Shown piece by piece: positions 12,702 through 25,329 of a stretch of DNA of 64,000 nucleotides. The DNA is from Ruditapes philippinarum. Taxonomy: Eukaryota. Where the stretch lies: NCBI RefSeq assembly GCF_026571515.1, contig NW_026854050.1, positions 1 through 64,000 of the forward strand, given 5' to 3'. Made by a program: the position numbers and the translations under genes. Below the pieces are notes generated by a model. It did not search any database, had not been told where the DNA came from, and saw nothing but the letters and a program-made list of their open reading frames with translations. Positions within the stretch are counted from its first letter, which is position 1, and each line of letters opens with the position of its first letter.

Positions 12702-14174
12702 ATATCTATTTAAGTATCTAGATTACACCGAAAGCTATTCTACCATGCCAGTTGTGAGAACGAAAATTCCAGTTGCTTAATGAGACATTCTAATTGTCAA
12801 TTCCTGAATAATTTTTCGTCATATTGAAGAAACTTTGGATAAGAATAATGGTACAAATTAAGTTGATTAATCTGCCTTTTAATCCACCTGATTCTTTAAT
12901 TATGTATTCGGGCGTCAAGTGGGTGAGCTTTACACATATTTCAAAATTGAGCAACAGAGCATCATAGAACCTCATATGTAAAAGTGTTTTTTGTGTTGCT
13001 GTGGGTTTCTTTGTTTGTTGTTGTTGTTTTTTGTGTTTTTGTTTGGGGGGGGGGAGTTTATATATGCACGTGACGTAAATGGTTTTTAGAAGGATTCGTG
13101 ATTTACAGAATTCAAGTATTTTGAAAAATCTTTTCCGAAACGGCACATCAGTCAAAACTCTGACAGGCGACGCCTCATGATCATTTGATTTTCAGATTTG
13201 TTTTTGTTACTTAATTTTCTGCCATGACGGAAAATATGCTGAAATTTTATGCAACAGATTTTATTCTATAGTTGTTTATGCGTAAAGATAAACGAAGTAC
13301 TCCCGGAAACGTATTAAACACTTTTTTACAGAAAGTTGTAAACTGAAAGTCTTGTGCGGGTGGACTACTTGTGCGGACAGACTACTTGTGCGGACGGACT
13401 ACTTGTGGGGGGACTAACAAACTAGTCAAATTTCACTGTTTTATTATTCTTGTCACTCCTGTTTGATATCTCATTTTCTTTTATGTGGAGAGGTTATTGA
13501 AATCTGTAACTAGTCTTATCTATCAGAGGTAACATTACTTCACAATTGCATGTGAATAAATCTTTAATTAGTAAAGCTAAAAGCTTAAAACGTTTCACTT
13601 TAGATAAATTCCGAGATATATGTATGCCTTTGAACTCTATACCACTAGTTGCCTATAATTATATTGATAATGGATACAGACTAACAACTTGAAATACGTT
13701 GATTGCATTTTGTATAATTAATCTAACGATCTATAATCCAATTTGTCCTCAACAATGGGGTGGCACGAAACCATAGAATTGAGAATATTGGATAGCCGTT
13801 AAATTAAGTCGGTTCTTGGTTTTCTGACGTTGTTAAGTTGATCAATTATTCACAGACACCATCCGTCGAGTGAAAAAAGTTTACCGGTGTGCGTAAAGAT
13901 TTAATTATTGTAATATTTGAAGCATTTTAAATTAAGTATTGGAATGAATGTAACCAGTGGGCGTGACTTCTGCTAATTTGCTTACAAATCTCTGTTGAGT
14001 ATTGCAAATGTATTATTATACTACGAAGCGCTGGTACAAAGAGTTTATTTAATCATGGATATACTAGACGAGCCTTTATTATATCAATCGTTATTTTGAG
14101 GTATCTTTGAAACTAGAATTCTAAATCTTAAGAAGGAATATTCAAAATATTAAAACTGGACAAAATTGATTACA

Positions 14175-14487
14175 ATGTTAAGAACACAGTTGTCCGGTTT
14201 GATAATTATATTGTTTATTGTGATGAAATTTCACGCTGTAGATGCAAACTTTGCCCGTAAAATTTTTCTGGGGTAGGTGTTTTAAACCCCGGGCGCGTTT
14301 TCAGGTTTTGGGGACCGGAAGCCCATTTTTATGCTGCCAACCCGAAATGGCAGAGGGGCGGGCTTTGGGTTTTGGGGCCGTGGTTTTTCAAAGAAAAAAC
14401 GAATTTTGAGCCCCTTCAAAAATCCCTTTGGATAATCTTAAGAAATGCGTTGGTCATGACGTCATCTTCAAAACTGACTTCCGGGTG
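14175..14487 (+). pseudogene. First coding exon of the CCP gene with frameshifts/stops in a homopolymer-rich patch (sequence error or true decay)
   Basis: Clean signal peptide at the 5' side and clean KKCVGHDVIFKTDFRV|gtaagt at the 3' side, but the length is 313 nt and there are in-frame stops in 14260-14430. Confidence 0.5.
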
Positions 14488-17400
14488 GTAAGTATAATGA
14501 GTATATACATGTATATATTTTAGGTAGATCATAAAATAGGTCTGTTGATAAAACCTAAATCAGTAGATCTGATAAAAGATCGTCTTCGTCTTACTCTGAT
14601 GTTGAAATGATGCTCATTCACCAGTTTATTTTTTTCATTACTTATATGTAAGTTTCGTACAAAGGTTTACGCTTCCCTAACCTATTTTAGTGTCACGTGA
14701 TGGACAATGCACGTGACACCAGTTGTGCTGTCAAACAAACGAACTAGTTCCATCACGTTTTTCTTAAATAAGATCAAACTCATTATCTTAATATTTAATT
14801 TTGTAAATCCAGCAATGAAATTCACAATTTAAAGATCCTGTATGTTGTAATTAAGGTTGTTAGCACACTTGAGTGAAATTTTATATATGTATATAATTAT
14901 GCTACTAAAACAATTTTCAAACATCGAATAATATGTAAAATATGTACTGCAAATATTTGTCCACATTATATTAAATCATTGATATATATGCATTCATTTC
15001 TTATTGGAAAATTTGACTTAGACTTTATAGAAAATAAATTTCTAATTACCCCCCGTTATTTACATGAAATGTAAATTCGGTAATACCTTTACAAATAATG
15101 CTTTTTGGAACTCACAATACCGATAAATCTATATGTATGTACTATATTTATGATATAAAACCATAAAAAAAATTGTGTTACAATGTCTTTAAGATGACAA
15201 ATGGTTGTGCAAAAACAACGCACAAACTATGATAAACAGACTTTTTGTTACAATGGTTCAAAGATTTCGAATAAAATACCATTTAATAAACGTTCTAATA
15301 ATTCTATGACATCTTTTAAAAATAAATGAGCCGCGTCACGACAAAACGTACATAATGCTTTTGTGGCCAGCATGGATCCAGACCAGCCTATGCGTCCGCG
15401 CAGTCTGACCAGGATCCATGCTGTTCGCTTACAAGCTCTATACTGCAGTAACTCTATTACAAATAAAGAAACTTATAGCGAACAGCATGGATCCTGATCA
15501 GACTGCGCGGATACGCAGACTGGTCTGGATCCATGCTGGTCGCAAACGCACTATGTTGGATTTGTCATGGCGTGGCTCAAATATATATATTTAAAAAGCA
15601 TATCATGCAGATCAAATAAATATCTTCATAACTCTGTCATTATGTCATTATGATGCATGTTATTTTGTTAATTTGTTATTTTATTAATTATTTGTGAAAG
15701 AAATATATATGAATGTTATTTTAATGTTGGTTCAAAACATTGGAATTATGTCTGTCATAGGACCAAAGCTTAATTGACAAACGGAATAGTTGTTACTGTT
15801 TGATGATGTTGTTTTGTGTGTGTATTTTTATATATTGTTTAGAAGGCCACATTTAAAATTAAGATATGTTTATTGTGATTTACGATGGTGTATCTTCATG
15901 CGTTACCTTTTTACTAAATAAAATTAATATAATTATTGTCGTTGTCGTCTTCATCATCNNNNNNNNNNNNNNNNNNNNNNNNNNNNNNNNNNNNNNNNNN
16001 NNNNNNNNNNNNNNNNNNNNNNNNNNNNNNNNNNNNNNNNNNNNNNNNNNNNNNNNNNNNNNNNNNNNNNNNNNNNNNNNNNNNNNGTTGAAATAATTAT
16101 TATCATTTTTATTATCATCATTATTATTATTATCATCATTATCATCATTATTATTATTATTATTTTTAGTGTTGTTGTTATTATCATTATTATTATTGTT
16201 TTTTGTTTGTGTTGCAGTTGTTNNNNNNNNNNNNNNNNNNNNNNNNNNNNNNNNNNNNNNNNNNNNNNNNNNNNNNNNNNNNNNNNNNNNNNNNNNNNNN
16301 NNNNNNNNNNNNNNNNNNNNNNNNNNNNNNNNNNNNNNNNNNNNNNNNNNNNNNNNNNNNNNNNNNNNNNNNNNNNNNNNNNNGTTGTTGAAATTATTAT
16401 TATCATTTTTATTATCATCATCATTATTATTATTATTATTATTATCATCATCATCATCATCATCATGATCGTCACCATCAGCATTATTATTATTATTATC
16501 ATAGGATAATAGACCTAGCTTTGTAAAGGCTTCCTAGATTTGATTTTGTTTGTCTGACCAATCGTGTGTACATTGTATGATAAAGCTTTATATTGGTTTT
16601 TAACATTTCTTTTCTTCTAAATTCCGTTTTTTGTTGTTGTTTTTTATGCATCGCTAAATTGTTGTAATGCTGTATTTTAGTAATGTATAATTCACTTAAA
16701 TTATCATTTCGCCGGGAGTAAGAGTACATATAGTTTTTCTACCCTGTCATATATATTCAACAATAAGGAAAATTCAAAACGTGTAGCCGCCTCCGAAGGG
16801 TCGAGGGGTTAGAGTCGATGACTTCTAATCCAGTTACCTCTCTGGCGTGGGTTCGATCCCCAGGAGATGCTTTGGTAGTTTAGCACGGAGGAAGGTAGTC
16901 TAGTACTGGTGTAACTCTCCAAGAACGATGGTTAGGAAACTACCCACCTATATGACTAAAATACTGTTGGGAAAAGGCGTAAAATGAAACAAACAAACAA
17001 ACAGGTTGATAGTTGCTGCCTGTCATTTGGGTTAAACATAAAACGCGGACGAATACATTGTCTGCATCAGTTGTTACATTATTGTTTAATAACTAATCCG
17101 TCCTGAAATGTTGGTCTTTTTCCCCAGTAGACCTGCAGACCGATATTCCGATGATCCCACGTTTGAGTCCTGCAAATTTTTCTCGCCTACACGTGAACAG
17201 ATCTAGTGGCGTTGATTAACGCAGGTGCAACTGTATAAACGATTTATAGTTACCATAATATTTATGTACTTTGAGCAGGCTATTAAAGCAAAATACAAAA
17301 ACTGATTAATGCAAGTGTTAAATGTTTTGAAAAATATAATAAAATGAATACTTCTAAGTGAATGGAATAAAAATAAATGACGCAAACGATATACTAATTG

Positions 17401-20400
17401 GTAATTCAGCCAAGTAATTAAACAAATCGATTAGTTTTAATCTCTGACGTCATTATTGTGTTTCAGGAAACAGCTGGCGCGTGCTCTGGTTCATGTCCAA
17501 TTACAGGTACTCGTTATTTAATATATCGTATTAATGAATTCCAATGAAGTTGTTTTTTATAGGTGAAAACTTGAAAAGAATTGAAATATTTTTTCAAGAC
17601 ATGTGTACCATATTTGATGTAGGTTGGACCAACCATTCAGCCCACATATTCCCTCGCTCTGTTTTAATTGCTATTTTGCAAAATGATCACAAAAACAATT
17701 GAAAAGCATTATCTAGAACGCGTTCCACCCAAACCAGGGCTAAAATATTTGATGTTCATATTCGTTTACTGTCTTTTACAGATTTTTTCCGATTCGAGTG
17801 CATTACAAAAATTTCAAACTTTCATGTTTTCGATTTATTATTTTATATTTTTATCTTTTTTGTAGGAGCTCCTTTATAAAAGATTGATCAGACTCCATTG
17901 TTATAATAAACACTAGTATACATAGAACATAAATATTACATCTACAGATGAAATGCAGGCTTAAAACTGCAATCTAATAATGCATTATATACTAGTAATT
18001 GTTAAATTTCAAATTTCTCCACCCCATCCTCGGGGGGGGGGGGGGCTGAAGGTCAATGAGGGAAAACCACTGTCGGAGTCAATGAAGTGCTGTTGTTTTT
18101 CCGAAGAATATGTTTCAATGTCAATGTGTCTGGGCTTAAGTGGGGATTGATCCATCTGACTTTTCTTTTGATCGTTTTTTTTTTCTTTAATAATTCATAT
18201 AATTCTACTATATAATATTAATGAATTTTATTTCATTTTTCTAAATGTGTGGTTTTTTTTAATATTAGTCCACGTTGATTATGTGTTTTACCATGCAGTA
18301 CTAGTATATTGTCATATTGAAATTTGGTTACTCAAACTCCATTGATTAAATTTAACAATTAATCAATTAAAACAAAAACAATATCAAAAGGGGGCGAGGA
18401 TCATGGTCGTATTTTATAAAAAAGCAGGGTATGGATCACAAGAAGGCGCGCTTGAATCCCCCCAACCCGGGACCTCTACATCATAAAAAGTGTTGTTTTT
18501 TATCACAATAAATATATTAACTACTGTATACCAACCGTAAATATACATTTCTGACAAAATTGTTGTCTATTTGCTGTATATGAGTTCAATATCAAGAAGT
18601 CACACTAACTTGATTTGTGCTTACTCAGATTGTGATACTCCTGACGTCACAGACGCAGAAACGTTTGGAAATTTGCGGCAGATTGGAGATGTCGTAAAAC
18701 TGAAATGTTTACAAGATGGCAGCGTTAGTTACAAAGAGTGCCAATCGGATGGCCTTTGGTCCCAACAACCACCTTGTCCATCTTCAGGTACGTATATTAA
18801 CCGCCCTACCAACTGCTGGAAAACATGTATATCTTAAAGGCCAATTATGTTTTTATAGTTACCCATTCCATTTCCAATTTCATTTCATTTCTCAATGCGA
18901 CAATACATTAATAAAATTCCATGATAATGAGTATTTTCTATGAAAGAAACACGTAATTATAATTAATGTACTTTAACATCTTTGTTTTTCTTTATTAAAG
19001 TTACCACGTGTGGCACTCCCGCTAACATACCTAATTCAGTGGTTACCTACAGTTCTTTATCAATCGGATCTGCGGCACAATACACATGTTTGCCTGGATT
19101 CACTAGTTCACCAGCGGGTGCCACGATGTCGATAACATGTCTCACTGGAGGGCAGTGGGAACCTGTTAGCTTCAGTTGCCAACAAGTAGACTGTGGCTTG
19201 CCAGGAAACGTTGCCAATGCGCAAAGAACATACACTGGAACGACTGGAGGATCTGTGGCGACATTCTCCTGTATTTCTGGTTACGAAGTATCACCAACTG
19301 GTGCATCGATGGACGTTACTTGTCTAAACAGCGGTCAATGGGATTTGATTGGTTTTACATGTCAGCTAGTTGTCTGTGGTACGCCACCAGATGTAACAAA
19401 TGCCCAAAAAGTATTTTCGTCATCAACTGTCGGCTCAAATGTTACATATACTTGTGATTCGGGTTATACGGTTTCTCCAGTAAGCAGCCCATTGTCATTT
19501 GTTTGTCTAAATACAGGACAATGGGAAAGTATTGGTTTTACATGTCAACAAGTAAATTGTGGTGCGCCATTGGATGTAGCCAATGCTCAAAAAGTATATT
19601 CGTCATCAACTGTCGGCTCAACTGTTACATATACTTGTGATTCCGGTTTTACGGTTTCTCCAGTAAGCAGTCCATTGACCATTGTTTGTCTAAATACAGG
19701 ACAATGGGAAAGCATTGGTTTTACATGTCAACAAATCAGTTGTGGTACTCCATTGGATGTAGCCAATGCTCAAAAAGTATATTCGTCAGCAACTGTCGGC
19801 TCAACTGTTACATATACTTGTGATTCAGGTTTTACGGTTTCTCCAGTAAGCAGTCCACTGTCCTTTGTTTGTCTAAATACAGGACAATGGGAAACCATTG
19901 CTTTTACATGTCAACAAGTAAATTGTGGTACACCATTGAATGTTGCCAACGCTCAAAAAGTATTTTCGGCAACAACTGTGGGCTCAACTGTTACATATAC
20001 TTGTGATTCCGGTTTTATGGTTTCTCCAGTAAGTAGTCCATTGTCCTTTGTTTGTCTAAATACAGGACAATGGGAAACCATTGCTTTTACATGTCAACAA
20101 GTAAATTGTGGTACACCATTGAATGTTGCCAACGCTCAAAAAGTATTTTCAGCAACAACTGTGGGCTCAACTGTTACATATACTTGTGACCCGAGTTATG
20201 CGGTTTCTCCAGTAAACAGCCCATTGTCATTTGCTTGTCTAAATACAGGACAATGGGAAAGTATTGGTTTTACATGTCAACAAGTAAATTGTGGTGCGCC
20301 ATTGGATGTAGCCAATGCTCAAAAAGTATATTCGTCATCAACTGTCGGCTCAACTGTTACATATACTTGTGATTCCGGTTTTATGGTTTCTCCAGTAAGT

Positions 20401-23400
20401 AGTCCATTGTCCTTTGTTTGTCTTAATACAGGACAATGGGAAACCATTGGTTTTACATGTCAACAAATCAGCTGTGGTACTCCATTGGATGTAGCCAATG
20501 CTCAAAAAGTATTTTCGTCAACAACTGTCGGCTCAACTGTTACATATACTTGTGATTCGGGTTTTACGGTTTCTCCAGTAAGCAGTCCATTGTCCTTTGT
20601 TTGTCTAAATACAGGACAATGGGAAACCATTGGTTTTACATGTCAACAAATCAGTTGTGGTACTCCATTGGATGTAGCCAATGCTCAAAAAGTATTTTCG
20701 TCATCAACTGCCGGCTCAACTGTTACATATACTTGTAATTCAGGTTTTACGGTTTCTCCAGTAAGCAGTCCATTGTCCTTTGTTTGTCTAAATACAGGAC
20801 AATGGGAAAGTATTGGTTTTACATGTCAACAAGTAAATTGTGTTGCACCTTTGGATGTAGCTTACGCTCAAAAAGTATATTCGTCATCAACTGTCGGCTC
20901 AATTGTTACATATACTTGTGATTCCGGTTTTACGGTTTCTCCAGTAAGCAGTCCATTGTCCTTTGTTTGTCTAAATACAGGACAATGGGAAACCGTTGCT
21001 TTTACATGTCAACAAATCAGTTGTGGTACTCCATTGGATGTAGCGAATGCTCAAAAAGTATTTTCGTCATCAACTGTCGGCTCAATTGTTACATATACTT
21101 GTGATTCAGGTTTTACGGTTTCTCCAGTAAGCAGTCCATTGTCCTTTGTTTGTCTAAATACAGGACAATGGGAAACCATTGCTTTTACATGTCAACAAAT
21201 CAGTTGTGGTACTCCATTGGATGTAGCCAATGCTCAAAAAGTATATTCGTCATCAGCTGTCGGCTCAACTGTTACATATACATGTAATTCGGGCTATGCG
21301 GTTTCTCCAGTAAGCAGTCCATTGTCCTTTGTTTGTCTAAATACAGGACAATGGGAAACCATTGGTTTTACATGTCAACAAGTAAATTGCGGGACACCAC
21401 CTCCTCTTTTCAATGGACAACCTAGCTACAGTTCCACATCTGTAGGGTCAGTTGCGCAATACAGTTGTACCTCAGGTTTTCTTGTCGAGCCTAACGATGC
21501 TGTAACATCCGTGACATGTCAACTGTCAGGGGAATGGGAGACCGTTGAATTTAGATGTATAGGTACTTCTTTTATATTTCACCAATTTCTCAATAGTTTA
21601 CGTAAAATGTATTTTGACGTAATTTACAAACAGCTGGTAAAAAACATTTGTTTATTGGACTTTCACCGGTTACAAAGTATTTTAACAATGTTAAAATCAT
21701 CAAAACATCGTCTGATGCATCTACCAGTAAGTCTATATAAAAATTCGCTCAGTTTTTATTTTATTTCATGCTTTTTTATATCATCTGTTTCGAGACTAAG
21801 AGAATGTTTGATTCTTTTAGCGTCTGTTCAACCTGGTAGTAGTTGTAATGTTGATTCAGACTGCGTGGATCCAGCACAAAGGTGTCTTTATACAGGACTT
21901 TATTCAATAGGGAGCCGTTGCATTTGTAAACCACTGTACGAATTTAACCAAACGCTTACTGTGTGCATAAAAGGTAGGTTAGGAACCATATATGAGCCGT
22001 GTCATGACAAAACCAACATAACGCAGTCTGATCAGGATCCATGCCGTTCGCTTACAGACCCTATAACAAGTAAAGAAACTGATTGCGAACAGCATGGATC
22101 CTGATCAGACTGCGCGGATGCGCAGGCTGGTCTGGATCCATGCTGGTCGCAAACCCATTATGTTGGTTTTGTTGTGACGCGGCTCATATCACACTTGTAA
22201 TTTTCATGTTTTCTCATGAACAGTTTTTATATTTCATTGTCTCCAATGAATAAACTCTATCAAACTCAGAATATCATTTTCATTGATTTATTCGGTTTTC
22301 TATACTTTCGGGAGATCTTTGTCAGGATTTTCTATTGCATTTGGTCTCTGGGTAATAATTTTAAGGGCAATATGACGACAGATGTTTAACTTTTAGATAT
22401 GGAGAAAGAATAATAAGTGCCCCCTATACAACTTTTGCAATATACATTAGTGGTTACCCTCCCGTCATCGTCGGATACCCACGGCCGAACCATTATCATT
22501 CATCAGCCGTGGGATTTTTTGCCGATATTCAGTCGATTAGAGGTGTGTCAAAGGCAGCTATTTCATTGGCTGCCTCACGATTTCATGAGGCGATTAAAAC
22601 CAATCAAAACGCTCGTTCTGTACGACGCTCGGTATTACAGACAATATTGCGACAACCATAGACGACGTAAAAAGTTTAACATCGAAAAATTAAACGATTT
22701 CCAGCAAGAAAGTATAGATAATTTACTTTTACAGCGTGATTTTTCCTTTATGATTGATATCTGCTTGCAGAAGAACTAATTTGGCGATAGTTTTTGCCAA
22801 TGATTTTAGCAAGACACGTGCAACAGTTTTTAACCGTGGGCGCTGCCATTTTTTTCTTATTGTTTTTACCTCCGCTGTTGAAGAATATAGATTTGTTAAA
22901 CGCGATGTCATTGGTAGATATTTTACGCACCTGTTGCTGTATGTCGACGCAAATCGATTCATTTTACCCACGGTTGATTGCATGTTATGTGACATGTTTA
23001 TCAATCGTGGGTATCCGACGATGCCCTCCCGTATGGTAGATCTGGAACATACGATAGTACATCCCAGGGTAGATGGAATGTTTACTACAGAACAAAGTCT
23101 TGCTGAATCTGAAAATAAAACTTAAAAATGCCAACTGGTATAAAAATCAATGATTTTAACCAAATATGAAATCCTATATATAGACACGTGTGTCAAGTCC
23201 AACTTCCTAAACTTTTGCGACATATATATAATTAACAAGATTAGATCATTTCTATCGTACACCGCCTGCCCTAGGCCAATCAGAACGGAGACATAAGTAA
23301 CACATGATTACAAAATGGACGACAAAAAAATCGAAAAAAAAACCCAACAAATCCCGGCGCCTTGGGGTATGCCATGTTTTTCTCGGGTTACCTTTATATA

Positions 23401-24970
23401 GACTAAATGTAATCTTAATGTAGACTCCTTTGGAGTAACAACATTTCTCTTAAAAGAAGGAACATAAGCTTTGTTGATGAGAAATATGTCTATTTCACAA
23501 AAACATACCGGTATTTCTGGCGGAACTTCGATTCCCAGCAATTTTTGAAATGCTTAATATACATGTACATGTACCCATACTCTTGTCATTTTTATCTTAT
23601 AGGAAAACAAAACCTAATGGTTTCTTTTTCTTTCTTTTTTGCCTTACATATAAAACGTGGAATTATATTAAATCAGAATATATTTTTTACATTTATTAGA
23701 GTTGTATGATGAATTTAGATTGAGAGCCGTTACTGTTTGCAAAATGAGCATTTATTTAACTTGCTAAATAATAAAAGAGAAGCATTTTCCAAATTAACTT
23801 GTTTAAAATATTTTTTTTGCTCAAATTGTTTGTTTTTTTCTGTAGAAAGGTTAATTATATGTTTCATAATGTTGCAATTGTGTATTAAGAACACTTAAAA
23901 TGAGCCGCGTCACGACAAAACCAACATAATGGGTTTGTGACCAGCATGGATCCAGACCAGCCTGCGCATTCGCGCATTCTGATCAGGATCCATGCTGTTC
24001 GCTATAAGTTTCTCTACTTGTTATAGGGTTTGTAAGCGAACAGCATGGATCCTGATCAGACTGCGCAGGCTGGTCTGGATCTATGCTGGTCGCAAACCCG
24101 TTATGTTGGTTTTGTCGTCACACGGCTCAAATAGCGTCAAATAAATTCTGATTAAGGTATCAAAATGTAAACAAAGTAAAGTGGTATTTTTTTGACTTCC
24201 ATACAAAATATTTAGTCGCTATATATGTACGATTCACCAACACGCAAAATCAACTTTTATGGCCAGTAAGTAACATTTTGGAGATTGTAGCGGGACAAAG
24301 ATAAAAACAAACAAACTAAAAACATTTTGAAAATATTAAGATATTTTAGGTTTTAAGCAGCATCTCTCAAAATCCATTGCAAAAGGCACCTATAATCTAC
24401 GTACCAAAAAGTGGTCAAAATATACAAAAACTTAGCCCTATATACGTTAGTCACGCAGTAGAAATATGGTAATTAATACTGCAAAATTAGTCATTAATCG
24501 CACATTACATGAAGATAATAGTACTTGAATCATGAAATTTTTACTTTTATTTGAATTGTATAACATGTTTCTCAAATTTAATCATCTTGAAATATTTTGG
24601 CTCACCTAAAGGCATGCAGCTTTATTAAAATTGTTCGATAATTTTTATTTTATGTTATAACAAGACATATCTTTACCTCATTTTTTCAGTTTGTGACAGC
24701 TATACATCTTTTGAAAGGTACGAGGGGCAATATATCCGTAAGAACAATGTGGGCGACAGCAGCGGCACCCCTTTGACAGAGTCAGAATGTCTGGCGTTTT
24801 GTGCGAATAATTATGGCAACCAATATCTGTCCGTAGACCATAGGCATGCCCGTCAATATGGAACAAACTGCTATTGCGGAAGTGCCACGAGACGGCAAAT
24901 TCTCGACAGTAGTCCGGACCTACTGTATGATGACTCGCAATATACACTGTTCACTAGAACGTGTAACTAG
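14175..24970 (+). CDS. Multi-exon gene for a secreted Sushi/CCP-repeat protein: signal peptide, PAN-like region, 15 CCP, EB/EGF-like, C-terminal PAN. Exons 14175-14487 (corrupted), 17467-17506, 18629-18787, 19001-21562, 21821-21973, 24690-24970.
   Basis: Signal peptide MLRTQLSGLIIILFIVMKFHAVDA-N. Downstream exons have AG/GT boundaries and phase-1 junctions; CCP C..C..C..W..C pattern. An extra small exon between 17506 and 18629 is possible. Confidence 0.75.
15328..15578. mobile_element. Fold-back MITE, Sola-type (copy 3)
   Basis: Same sequence; TSD AAAT. Confidence 0.85.
15930..16502. repeat. (ATT)/(ATC) microsatellite containing two assembly gaps (N 15959-16086 and 16223-16383)
   Basis: N runs flanked by ATT/ATC arrays; near-identical sequence follows both gaps. 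Confidence 0.9.
16786..17001 (+). mobile_element. tRNA-derived SINE, family A (uninterrupted copy)
   Basis: A-box-like GGTCGAGGGGTTAG, B box GGTTCGATCCC, (AAAC)n tail; three copies in the window. Confidence 0.85.
18629..18787 (+). CDS. Exon encoding a divergent short Sushi/CCP domain
   Basis: DCDTPDV..FGNLRQIGDVVKLKC..KECQSDGLWSQQPPC; ctcag|..|gtacgt; phase 1-1. Confidence 0.8.
19001..21562 (+). CDS. Giant exon encoding 14 tandem Sushi/CCP domains (183-nt unit)
   Basis: 2562 nt = 14 x 183; repeated CGTPLDVANAQKVFSSSTVGSTVTYTCDSGF..CLNTGQWE..FTC; acceptor taaag|, donor ATAG|gtact. Confidence 0.92.
21821..21973 (+). CDS. Exon encoding an EB/EGF-like cysteine-rich module
   Basis: PGSSCNVDSDC..RC..RCICKPLY..C; ttttag|..AAAG|gtaggt. 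Confidence 0.8.
21994..22185. mobile_element. Fold-back MITE, Sola-type (copy 4, left arm internally deleted)
   Basis: Same sequence; TSD ATAT. Confidence 0.85.
22466..23023 (+). mobile_element. 558-bp non-autonomous TIR DNA transposon with 9-bp TSD
   Basis: Perfect 18-bp TIR CATCGTCGGATACCCACG; TSD CCCTCCCGT at 22457-22465 and 23024-23032. Confidence 0.88.
23902..24128. mobile_element. Fold-back MITE, Sola-type (copy 5)
   Basis: Same sequence; TSD AAAT. Confidence 0.85.
24690..24970 (+). CDS. Terminal exon encoding a PAN/Apple-like domain
   Basis: VCDSYTSFERYEGQYIRKNN..LTESECLAFC..SVDH..NCYC..YTLFTRTCN*; acceptor ttttcag|, phase 1. Confidence 0.75.
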
Positions 24971-25300
24971 ATCAGACGATAGAAATAAACTAATCTATAT
25001 GGCTATCACAGAACGTATAACTTGATTATTGACAAGAAAGGACAGATATTAACCAATCTATACGGCCGTTAGAACGTGTTACTTGATTATAAACAACAGC
25101 TAGAAGACAGAAAGTAACCAATATATACGGCCATCAGAACGTGTTACTTGATTATTGTGATTATTGACAACAAAGGTCAGAAATTAATCAATCTATACGG
25201 CCATTAGAAAGTGTAACTTGATAATTGACAACAACTAAAAGACAGAAATTAACCAATCTATACGGCAATCGGAACGTGTTACTTGATTATTGACAACAAC
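24935..25300 (+). repeat. Degenerate ~60-70 bp tandem repeat (about 6 units) spanning the stop codon and 3' UTR of the CCP gene
   Basis: Recurring ACCAATCTATACGGCCATTAGAACGTGTTACTTGATTATTGACAAC. Confidence 0.75.
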
Positions 25301-25329
25301 TTAAATATAATTATACAACCCATTCGGAA

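Noticed and set aside
15866-16509. Poly-Ile/Leu ORFs and the duplicated sequence after each gap
   Set aside because: They are artefacts of microsatellite and N runs, and the duplication is probably a scaffolding effect.
17563-17622. Possible extra phase 1-1 exon of the CCP gene (GENLKR..CTIFDV)
   Set aside because: The donor is weak and the expected cysteine spacing is incomplete; it cannot be supported without transcripts.
18982-22104. The 1040-aa ORF as a complete single-exon protein
   Set aside because: It starts at a TTG inside a polypyrimidine tract, crosses a GT-AG intron and ends in a MITE; the spliced model fits better.
22417-23125. 120-123 aa ORFs as a transposase remnant
   Set aside because: They have no recognisable DDE or DNA-binding motifs and run across the element boundaries.
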